DNA of 45,285 nucleotides from contig CAXNDQ010000001.1 of the NCBI GenBank assembly GCA_964201275.1, forward strand, positions 1 through 45,285. The letters are read 5' to 3'. This document shows positions 37,561 to 45,285 of this stretch, piece by piece. The position numbers were made by a program, and so were the translations under genes. Numbering within the stretch: position 1 is the stretch's first letter; each line of letters starts with the position of its first letter. The notes under the pieces were generated by a model that was not told where the DNA came from, ran no database searches, and saw only the letters and a list, made by a program, of their open reading frames with translations. Origin of the DNA: Candidatus Planktophila sp. Lineage in GTDB: Bacteria; Actinomycetota; Actinomycetes; Nanopelagicales; Nanopelagicaceae.

Positions 37561-39121
37561 CGAGAGCAGGAGTTTGCAATACGGTGTACTGATCGTTAGC
37601 AGTCTGGTTTTGGAAGATTCCTGCTGGAAGACGTGATGCTCCCCAACCTGAACGCTGTCCAACCATGAGGTGTGCTGACTCATCCCAGATCAATTGCTCG
37701 ATCTTCTTGAGAACGGCTTGCTGTGCGGCCTTACCTTGCGCAGCATCGTAATCAACAATGAGTGAATCATCAAACTTTGACTTTGACCAACCAGTCCATG
37801 CGCCCTTTGAGCCCATATATGTTGCAAGACCACCGCTCAACCATGTTGAACCGTAACCTGACAACTGAACTTCGAAGGTACCGTTATTTTGACCAGCAGC
37901 TCCAACAGCATCTGGTTCAGCAGCAACAGTGGCAACAATGCCGATCTTTGCCCATTGTGATGCGATAACAGCTGCTGCATCAGCCCAACCTGGACGGTTG
38001 AACACGCTGAGGCGGATAGGGAAACCAGTAGTACCAGCTTCGGCCATAAGTGCTTTTGCCTTTGCTAGATCTTGCTTGATTCCACCTGGCTTAACGCAGA
38101 GGTAGTTTGGATGTGATGGGAAAGTAAGTGCGCAAGAAGGTGTGACATCGCCATTGAAAGCAAGATCGCTGAACTGCTTACGATCTAGGGCATATGACAT
38201 CGCTTGACGAACCTTTGGATTTGCCCAAGGTGTTCCAACTGACTTTACCAAGTTGAAGTCGATGGAGAAGTTACCGGCTAGCTGGAATGGCTGAGCACGG
38301 AACTTTGTCTTATCGCCTAAAGTAGCGCGGCCAATTGATGCTGGAAGGTCGAATGCATAATCAATTGTTCCTTGCTTAAGTGCAAGAACACGAGTTACAG
38401 GATCTGGTACTGCAAGGAAGCGGATTTCCTTCACTGCAGGCTTTGCCCAATAATTCTTATTAGCTTCTACCAAGAATTCATCAGAACCTTCTACCCACTT
38501 CTTGATTTTAAATGGGCCGGCGCTGAGTGGATTCTTCCAGTACGCAGCATTTCCTTCAGCCTTGCTACGTGAGTTTACAACTCCGTAAATACCAGCAAGG
38601 GCGCGTGGGAAGTCAGAGAATGGTTCCTTTAATGTGTAAACAACTGTTTTTGCATCTTTAGCAACAACACTTGTTACAGAGTTAAATCCTGGAACGTTCT
38701 TCTGGCTGTACTCCCAGCTAAATACCGCATCATCTGCAGTAACTGGTGTTACTCCATCTGAGTACTTCATTGTTCGAAGAGTCATGGTGTAAGTAAGACC
38801 GTCTTTTGAAACGGTGTACTTATCAACGAGATCTGGCTGTGCAACACCCTTGATGTCGTAACGGAACATTTGTCCCTGAACTAAAAGTCTTGTTACGTAA
38901 TTCGGATTACTTGTTCTACTTGGATTATTTGGGTCCAAAGTAACAACTTTACCGATCAAAGCTACGGTGATGAGATCACATTGTGCTTTTGTAATTGGAG
39001 TATTTACCTGACAATTCGCACCTTTCGCTGCGTGTGCAGGAGCAATTCCCACTAACAATCCCGCAGCCAGTGAGGTTGCGGTGAGAACTCCGATGAGTCC
39101 TCTCTTCATTGATACCTTCAT
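37544..39121 (-). CDS. ABC transporter solute-binding protein, family 5
   Basis: TLDP, SDG.PVTADD..FS, AGPFK, NPKVRQA. Start moved to ATG 39121 (SD GGAAAGGA). Signal peptide ends in AHA. Confidence 0.92.
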   Translation of the reverse strand: MKVSMKRGLIGVLTATSLAAGLLVGIAPAHAAKGANCQVNTPITKAQCDLITVALIGKVVTLDPNNPSRTSNPNYVTRLLVQGQMFRYDIKGVAQPDLVDKYTVSKDGLTYTMTLRTMKYSDGVTPVTADDAVFSWEYSQKNVPGFNSVTSVVAKDAKTVVYTLKEPFSDFPRALAGIYGVVNSRSKAEGNAAYWKNPLSAGPFKIKKWVEGSDEFLVEANKNYWAKPAVKEIRFLAVPDPVTRVLALKQGTIDYAFDLPASIGRATLGDKTKFRAQPFQLAGNFSIDFNLVKSVGTPWANPKVRQAMSYALDRKQFSDLAFNGDVTPSCALTFPSHPNYLCVKPGGIKQDLAKAKALMAEAGTTGFPIRLSVFNRPGWADAAAVIASQWAKIGIVATVAAEPDAVGAAGQNNGTFEVQLSGYGSTWLSGGLATYMGSKGAWTGWSKSKFDDSLIVDYDAAQGKAAQQAVLKKIEQLIWDESAHLMVGQRSGWGASRLPAGIFQNQTANDQYTVLQTPALGAKKK

Positions 39122-39160
39122 AGTGTCCTTTCCGGAGCACAAACATTGTCGAGTTGGCGG

Positions 39161-39174
39161 TGGTAACGATTCCA
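39161..39174. promoter_or_regulatory. Candidate LacI-family operator TGGTAACGATTCCA
   Basis: 12/14 match, 40 bp upstream of the SBP start. Lies downstream of a candidate minus-strand promoter TTGTCG (39237-42)-N17-TACTGT (39214-19). Confidence 0.65.
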
Positions 39175-39427
39175 ATGGCGAAAAACGCCTTTGGGTGTTT
39201 CCACCGTTGAGGAACAGTACCTCGCAACTCGTAGACCGACAATGGTTTAGGCGACAACAATTTGATTAAGTTTTTATAAAGACTTTCCCGCTGGTCACGG
39301 CATTTGCTGGAAACAGATCTCCGTTCCAGGGCTTATGGCCCCCTTGAGGCAGAAAACGATCCTTACTCGCGGGTAAATGCCCAGAAAATTAATGTAGGTA
39401 AAGTGGGGCTATGGCAAGGCGGCTCTC

Positions 39428-40660
39428 GTGAACCAAAACATTAAGAGAACTCTTCTGAGCCCCAACGCGCTAAGCGAGTTACTTAAATTTAAAAAATTTG
39501 AATTCAATGCCAGAAAGCGAAGGCTTGCCGCAGCGCACACAATTTGGGATTTGCGCGATATTGCAAAAGCTCGAACTCCTAAAGGTCCATTTGATTACAC
39601 CGATGGTGGCGCAGAATTAGAAATTTCGCTTAATCGATCGCGAGAAGTATTTAGCAACATTGAATTTGCACCGAAAATTTTGCAAGATGTTTCAAATGTT
39701 TCAACGCAGGCGAAAGTACTCGGTAATACATTCGCCCTACCTTTTGGAATGGCACCAACCGGTTTTACTCGGATGATGCATGCCGAAGGTGAATTAGCAG
39801 TAGCCAAAGCGGCGGCGAAGTTTGGAATTCCATATTCCCTTTCAACTGTAGGAACAACTTCGATTGAAGACGTAGTTTCCGCTGCGCCAAATGGCGTTAA
39901 TTGGTTTCAGTTGTATATGTGGAAAGATCGCGATGCATCAATGCAATTAGTTGAGCGAGCCAGACAAGCCGGTGTAACCAATCTGATTCTCACCGTCGAT
40001 GTACCAGTCGCTGGAGCTCGTTTACGAGATGTTCGTAATGGACTAACCGTTCCTCCCACCTTGTCTTTAAGCACAATCATTGATGCCATCCCTCGCCGAG
40101 AATGGTGGTGGAATTTTCTAACTACTAAACCGTTGGAATTTGCCTCAATGTCTAACTGGAACGGAACTGTGGCAGAGCTCCTCGACTATATGTTTGATCC
40201 AACAATGACCTTCGAAGATTTGAAGTGGCTGCGCAAGAATTGGGATGGCACTTTGACCGTAAAGGGAATTCAAACCCTTGATGATGCCAAGAAAGCAGCC
40301 AAGTACGGTGCCGATGCGGTGATTCTTTCCAATCACGGCGGACGACAACTAGATCGTGCCCCGGTGCCGCTGATGTTGGTAGAGCAAGTGTCAAAGGAAC
40401 TAAAGAAAGATGTGGAAGTTCATCTTGATTCAGGAATTATGAGTGGCGCAGACATAGTCGCGGCCATCGCCCTCGGCGCTGACTTCACCTACATCGGCAA
40501 GGCCTACCTATACGGGTTGATGGCGGGTGGGCAAGAGGGTGTTGAGCGTTGCCTGTCGATCATCGAATCTCAAATAATCAGAACGATGAAATTACTTGGT
40601 GCTAAAGACCTTGGAGAGCTAACTCCCAAGCACGTCGGGTTCTTAAACCGCCTGCAATAA
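39428..40660 (+). CDS. lldD: FMN-dependent alpha-hydroxy acid dehydrogenase (L-lactate dehydrogenase-like)
   Basis: FDYTDGGA, APTG, WFQLY, TVD...G.R, KGI, SNHGGRQLD, DSG. Confidence 0.85.
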   Translation: MNQNIKRTLLSPNALSELLKFKKFEFNARKRRLAAAHTIWDLRDIAKARTPKGPFDYTDGGAELEISLNRSREVFSNIEFAPKILQDVSNVSTQAKVLGNTFALPFGMAPTGFTRMMHAEGELAVAKAAAKFGIPYSLSTVGTTSIEDVVSAAPNGVNWFQLYMWKDRDASMQLVERARQAGVTNLILTVDVPVAGARLRDVRNGLTVPPTLSLSTIIDAIPRREWWWNFLTTKPLEFASMSNWNGTVAELLDYMFDPTMTFEDLKWLRKNWDGTLTVKGIQTLDDAKKAAKYGADAVILSNHGGRQLDRAPVPLMLVEQVSKELKKDVEVHLDSGIMSGADIVAAIALGADFTYIGKAYLYGLMAGGQEGVERCLSIIESQIIRTMKLLGAKDLGELTPKHVGFLNRLQ

Positions 40661-40733
40661 ATCTAGCCTCGAGGCGTGCCGTTCGATTATTTAGGCGTTT
40701 AAATCTTTGGGGCTGCCGTCATAGGATGGGCCT

Positions 40734-42224
40734 ATGACTAACACCGTAAATCACTGGATTGATAATAAAGAATTTGTAAGTACCTCAGGTCGCACCGCAC
40801 CTGTTTATGACCCAGCATTCGGTGTCGAAACAAAGCGCGTTGCTCTGGCTAATGGCGCGGAAATTAACGCAGCTATTGCCTCTGCGAAGAAGGCGTTTCC
40901 GGGTTGGTCAAAGACTTCTCTTGCAGCACGTCAACAAATTATCTTCAAATTCCGTGAATTGTTAAATGCAAAAAAGAGCGAACTCGCAGAAATAATCACC
41001 AGCGAGCACGGCAAGGTTTTATCTGATGCCCTTGGCGAAATTACACGTGGTCAAGAAGTAGTCGAATTTGCAGTTGGTATGCCACAACTTATTAAGGGTT
41101 ACTACTCTGAAAACGTTTCAACTGGTGTTGATGTTTACTCAACTCGCCAAGCACTTGGCGTTGTCGGAATCATCTCTCCCTTTAACTTTCCCGCGATGGT
41201 GCCGATGTGGTTCTTCCCAATCGCAATCGCTGCTGGAAATACAGTTGTCCTAAAGCCATCTGAAAAAGATCCATCAGCATCAATTTGGATCGCCAAGCTT
41301 TGGAAAGAAGCGGGCCTGCCAGATGGCGTATTTAATGTGCTCAACGGCGATAAAGAATCCGTAGACGGATTACTCCACTCCCCTGATGTTGAGGCTATTT
41401 CATTCGTTGGTTCCACTCCTATTGCGCGCTACATCTATGAAGAGTGTGCAAAGGCTGGCAAGCGTGTGCAATCACTCGGCGGAGCAAAGAACCATATGTT
41501 GGTCTTGCCTGATGCTGATCTGGAACTTGTTGCAGATTCTGCAATTAACGCCGGATTTGGTTCGGCTGGAGAGCGTTGTATGGCGATCTCGGTTGTAGTT
41601 GCAGTTGAACCAGTTGCAGATGCCCTGATCGAAAAGATTGTTTCTCGTATGGATAAATTGCGTACCGGTGATGGTCGCCGCGGCTGCGATATGGGCCCAC
41701 TTGTCACCAAAGAACACCGTGACAAGGTCGCTGGTTACATCGAAGTTGCAGCAAAAGATGGCGCAAAGGTTGTTGTTGATGGCCGTGATGTAAAAGCAGA
41801 TGGAGAGTCAGCCGGTTTCTGGCTTGGACCAACCTTGATCGATAACGTCCCAACTACATCTAGCGTTTATAAGGATGAAATCTTCGGACCAGTCCTATCT
41901 ATCGTGCGCGTTAAGAGTTATGACGAAGGCGTTTCGCTAATCAATAGCGGAGCCTTCGGTAACGGAACTGCGATTTTCACAAACGATGGTGGCGCAGCCC
42001 GTCGCTTCCAGAATGAAATTCAAGTGGGAATGGTCGGAATCAACGTGCCAATACCAGTACCTGTTGCTTACTATTCATTTGGTGGCTGGAAGCAATCGCT
42101 CTTTGGCGATACCAAAGCGCACGGTGAAGAAGGTGTTCACTTCTTTACTCGTGGCAAGGCGATCACTAGCCGCTGGCTTGATCCAAGCCACGGCGGCATC
42201 AATCTAGGATTCCCACAGAACTAA
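40734..42224 (+). CDS. iolA: CoA-acylating (methyl)malonate-semialdehyde dehydrogenase
   Basis: PFNFPAM, KPSEKDP, GGAKNH, AGERCMA, EIFGP, GINVPIPVP. Adjacent to iolD. Confidence 0.92.
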   Translation: MTNTVNHWIDNKEFVSTSGRTAPVYDPAFGVETKRVALANGAEINAAIASAKKAFPGWSKTSLAARQQIIFKFRELLNAKKSELAEIITSEHGKVLSDALGEITRGQEVVEFAVGMPQLIKGYYSENVSTGVDVYSTRQALGVVGIISPFNFPAMVPMWFFPIAIAAGNTVVLKPSEKDPSASIWIAKLWKEAGLPDGVFNVLNGDKESVDGLLHSPDVEAISFVGSTPIARYIYEECAKAGKRVQSLGGAKNHMLVLPDADLELVADSAINAGFGSAGERCMAISVVVAVEPVADALIEKIVSRMDKLRTGDGRRGCDMGPLVTKEHRDKVAGYIEVAAKDGAKVVVDGRDVKADGESAGFWLGPTLIDNVPTTSSVYKDEIFGPVLSIVRVKSYDEGVSLINSGAFGNGTAIFTNDGGAARRFQNEIQVGMVGINVPIPVPVAYYSFGGWKQSLFGDTKAHGEEGVHFFTRGKAITSRWLDPSHGGINLGFPQN

Positions 42225-42258
42225 TTCGAATACGATAGAAGAGAAAGCGAAACTAATT

Positions 42259-44178
42259 ATGGCCACTCGCAAGATGAGCGTTGGACAGGCGATTATTAAA
42301 TTCCTTTCTCATCAATACACCGTCGATGGTGATCACCGCGAACGCACCGTCGCTGGAGTATTCGGAATTTTTGGTCACGGAAATGTGGCAGGAATTGGTC
42401 AAGCGCTAAAGCAACTCTCTATTTCCGATCCAGGTCTAATGCCATATCACCAAGCGCGAAATGAACAAGCGATGGTGCACGAATCATCTGCTTATGCTCG
42501 AATGACGCGTCGCCGTTCAACATTTGCTTGCGCATCATCTGTCGGCCCTGGTGCAACAAATATGTTAACTGGCGCTGCAGTTGCCACCACAAATCGATTG
42601 CCAGTTTTATTATTTCCAGCCGATACTTTTGCAACTCGTGTATCTGATCCGGTGCTGCAACAACTTGAACAACCATATGACCTATCTATCTCGGTAAATG
42701 ATGCCTTTAAGCCACTCTCTAAATTCTTTGATCGCATCAATCGCCCAGAACAAATCTTTACTTCTCTCCTTGGAGCGATGCGCGTGCTTACAGATCCAGC
42801 AGAAACAGGCGCTGTGACAATCTGTCTTCCCGAAGATGTGCAGGCAGAAACAATTGAAGTACCTGAAGAATTCTTAGCTGATCGTGAATGGCATATCCGC
42901 AGACCTCGTCCAGATATTGGCCTTTCTGCCGTTGCTGCTCGTGCGATTGCTAATTCAAAGAAGCCCTTTATCGTTGCAGGTGGCGGAATCATTTACTCAG
43001 ATGCCCACGCTGTGCTCGCTAAATTTGTTGAAGCAACTGGAATCCCGGTTGGGGTATCACAAGCCGGAATGGGTTCACTTCCTTGGGATCATCCACAAAT
43101 GTGTGGTTCGGTGGGTGCTACAGGCACAACTGCGGCCAACCGATTGGCTAAAGATGCTGATTTAGTAATTGGAATCGGAACTCGTTACAGCGATTTCACA
43201 ACCGCCTCACGCAGTATTTTCCAAAATCCAGATGTGAAGTTTATAAATATAAATGTCACCGCATTCGATGCCTTCAAACACGGCAGCGCGATTCCAGTTG
43301 TTGCAGATGCCCGAACCGCCCTCGAAGAGTTAACTCAAGAGTTATCAACATTTAAAGTCTCTGCTGATTATGCAAAGAAGATTGCAGATGAAAACAAAAT
43401 TTGGGATGCCATCGTTGATGCCGCATTTGTCGATCAGAAATTAGCTAAGCCTAGCCAGAGCGAAATAATTGGCGCAGTCCAGGCTGCGACCGATCCACGC
43501 GATGTATTAGTTGGCGCAGCTGGTTCACTTCCGGGAGATCTTCACAAATTATGGCGAGTTCGCGATCCGTTGGGCTATCACATGGAATATGCCTTCTCCT
43601 GTATGGGTTATGAAATAGCCGCCGGACTTGGTGTGGCACGCGCAGACTCAACACGCACTCCAGTTGTAATGATGGGCGATGGCTCATATTTAATGATGCA
43701 TACCGAACTGGTTACTGCAGTCGCCGAAGGTTTGAAATTTATTGTGGTTCTGGTGCAAAATCACGGCTTCGCATCTATTGGCCATTTATCTGAAGATATC
43801 GGCTCACAAAGATACGGAACTAAATATCGCTTCCGTGATGCCAAATCTAATAACCACGAATCTGGAGATGTTCTGCCGATCGACCTAGCAACCAACGCCG
43901 AAAGTCTAGGAATGAATGTAATTCGTATCGCCGAAAGTGCAAATGCAATTGCAGATCTGTCTGCCGCAATGAAGGTTGCCAAAGCGCATCCAACTGCAAC
44001 TTTGATCCATATAAATAGCGATCCATTGTTATATGCCCCAGGTGGCGAGGCTTGGTGGGAAGTTCCGATTCCTGAAATCTCAACTCTTGAATCGACGCAA
44101 AAGGCTTTTGCTAATTACAAGGAAGCGCGAAAAGTGCAGAAGAAATATTTAGGAAAAGGCTCGGTCGAGCGTAATTAA
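42259..44178 (+). CDS. iolD: 3D-(3,5/4)-trihydroxycyclohexane-1,2-dione acylhydrolase (ThDP)
   Basis: IFGHGNVAG, RNEQAM, DPVLQQLE, GSLPGDLHKLW, EYAFSCMGYE, GDGSYLM. Confidence 0.95.
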   Translation: MATRKMSVGQAIIKFLSHQYTVDGDHRERTVAGVFGIFGHGNVAGIGQALKQLSISDPGLMPYHQARNEQAMVHESSAYARMTRRRSTFACASSVGPGATNMLTGAAVATTNRLPVLLFPADTFATRVSDPVLQQLEQPYDLSISVNDAFKPLSKFFDRINRPEQIFTSLLGAMRVLTDPAETGAVTICLPEDVQAETIEVPEEFLADREWHIRRPRPDIGLSAVAARAIANSKKPFIVAGGGIIYSDAHAVLAKFVEATGIPVGVSQAGMGSLPWDHPQMCGSVGATGTTAANRLAKDADLVIGIGTRYSDFTTASRSIFQNPDVKFININVTAFDAFKHGSAIPVVADARTALEELTQELSTFKVSADYAKKIADENKIWDAIVDAAFVDQKLAKPSQSEIIGAVQAATDPRDVLVGAAGSLPGDLHKLWRVRDPLGYHMEYAFSCMGYEIAAGLGVARADSTRTPVVMMGDGSYLMMHTELVTAVAEGLKFIVVLVQNHGFASIGHLSEDIGSQRYGTKYRFRDAKSNNHESGDVLPIDLATNAESLGMNVIRIAESANAIADLSAAMKVAKAHPTATLIHINSDPLLYAPGGEAWWEVPIPEISTLESTQKAFANYKEARKVQKKYLGKGSVERN

Positions 44179-44705
44179 ATGTAGGTAATTTCGCGAAATG
44201 TTCGATTGATTGACAACGTGAACTTGTCATCTTTGGGATCGGCTACGCGAAAGAAGCAAACTATTCTCTTGCCGTACTTCTTTTCTTCGGCTCCTGGATC
44301 AGGATAGAAGTAGCCGTATGTTAAAGAAGGTGGCAAATCTTTCTGACCCATTAGCGTGCTAAGTGCTGACTTGTCACAAGCCGACCCGGCTTCCTTCTTC
44401 GCGGCGTCAGAACTCAAATCCTTCGCCTTCAGTTTTCCGGTATAGAAAACTTCGTAATGATGAGCAGAAGTGCAACTGGTCAGATAAAGGGTTTTGTAAT
44501 TTGTATCGCTCCATTTACTTGCCTTATTAGGTGACTTGTTTGCCGAGTAACAACCTAGTTTCAACTCTAGATAGAAAGTGCCTTTACCTAATGCTTGCGC
44601 TGGAAGCACTCCTGCCGAAAAAACCAAAGCCAAAACTAGTGAGACAAACTTTCTCGCACCGAAGCCGTGCGATCTTTCGGAACGAGACGGGAAGACTGCG
44701 AGCAT
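44175..44705 (-). CDS. Secreted Cys-containing protein, septum-formation-domain-like
   Basis: Signal peptide ending AQA. C...H.YEVF and RIVCF patterns. Leaderless-type -10 TATCAT lies 7 nt upstream. Confidence 0.55.
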   Translation of the reverse strand: MLAVFPSRSERSHGFGARKFVSLVLALVFSAGVLPAQALGKGTFYLELKLGCYSANKSPNKASKWSDTNYKTLYLTSCTSAHHYEVFYTGKLKAKDLSSDAAKKEAGSACDKSALSTLMGQKDLPPSLTYGYFYPDPGAEEKKYGKRIVCFFRVADPKDDKFTLSINRTFREITYI

Positions 44706-44877
44706 GAGCGTAATGATATGACCTAACCCTCAACCTTACCTTTGTATTTCTAGTCTGCGACACGAGTGACTTATTTAATCTATTGGAGCAGTTGTGTTGG
44801 ATCTGCACTGGACTACTCTTTGTCTCACCCAGAAAGCATTGATTAGTTGTTTGACTAATCTCTCGAGAGGAGCTCAA

Positions 44878-45285
44878 TTGTTTAAGAAATTTAAGAAGAT
44901 TGCTGCGGCAACTGCGGCAGCCGGTCTCCTTGGACTAGCACTAAGTGCTTGTTCAACAGCAGAAAAAGCGATCACAGAGGCCGATTGCGGAACTGAAGGC
45001 GCATTTTGTATCGGTCTTGTAACAGATATTGGAAAAGTTGACGACAAGTCATTTAACCAATCAGCTTGGGAAGGCGCACAACAAGCAGCGACCGAGAACA
45101 ATGGTTTTGCTAAGTACGTAGAAACTCAGGATCCAAAAGATTACGCAGCTAACATCGCACTATTCGCTGATGCTGGTTACAACGCGATCGTAACTGTTGG
45201 TTTCCTAATGGCCGAAGCAACAACAATTGCGGCTGAAAAGTATCCTGATGTTAAGTTCATCGGTGTTGATCAGTTCAATGGTGGA
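44878..45285 (+). CDS. BMP-family (nucleoside-type) ABC substrate-binding lipoprotein, 5' part
   Basis: Not in the ORF track. TTG at 44878 with SD GAGGAG. Translates as MFKKFKKIAAATAAAGLLGLALSAC (lipobox)...GLVTDIGKVDDKSFNQSAWEG...YPDVKFIGVD. Confidence 0.92.
   Translation, partial: MFKKFKKIAAATAAAGLLGLALSACSTAEKAITEADCGTEGAFCIGLVTDIGKVDDKSFNQSAWEGAQQAATENNGFAKYVETQDPKDYAANIALFADAGYNAIVTVGFLMAEATTIAAEKYPDVKFIGVDQFNGG

Noticed and set aside
19230-40660. Mycofactocin system (creatininase like MftE, LldD like MftD, many SDRs)
   Set aside because: No precursor peptide, MftB chaperone, radical-SAM MftC or glycosyltransferase is present. The two genes are about 19 kb apart.
44584-45101. Minus-strand ORFs of 97 aa and 75 aa
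   Set aside because: One overlaps the secreted-protein gene and the intergenic region. The other is antisense to the BMP lipoprotein. Neither has recognisable motifs.
1-45285. Prophage, integrase, transposase, tRNA attachment site, CRISPR array or defence system
   Set aside because: I found no such genes or periodic repeat-spacer structure by eye. The term island rests on gene content only.

Overview
This 45.3-kb window is bacterial, densely packed and of moderate GC. Leaderless TANNNT-ATG starts, SigA-type promoters and the gene content suggest a streamlined actinobacterium, possibly freshwater acI/Nanopelagicales-like (inference only). The left edge is the 5' part of ppdK. The right end holds lldD-like, iolA, iolD, a secreted protein and the 5' part of a BMP-family lipoprotein. 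Between them (~540-39200) lies a ~38.6-kb catabolic island. It contains six paralogous neutral/alkaline-ceramidase-like amidohydrolases, six SDRs, three enolase-superfamily enzymes and two AstE/DoeB-like deacylases. It also has creatininase-family and phosphotriesterase-family hydrolases, a ThDP E1beta-E1alpha pair with a free-standing lipoyl domain (no E2 core or E3), a 2,4-diaminopentanoate-dehydrogenase/amine-dehydrogenase-like enzyme, a family III CoA-transferase, a CitE-like lyase, MmgE/PrpD, Rid, three transport systems and one LacI regulator. Reading the intergenic DNA reveals a recurring palindrome (consensus TGGAAACGTTTCCA) at six sites, several directly downstream of -10 boxes. This ties dispersed parts of the island into one probable LacI regulon whose substrate I cannot identify. 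I saw no tRNA, rRNA, CRISPR array, integrase or transposase.
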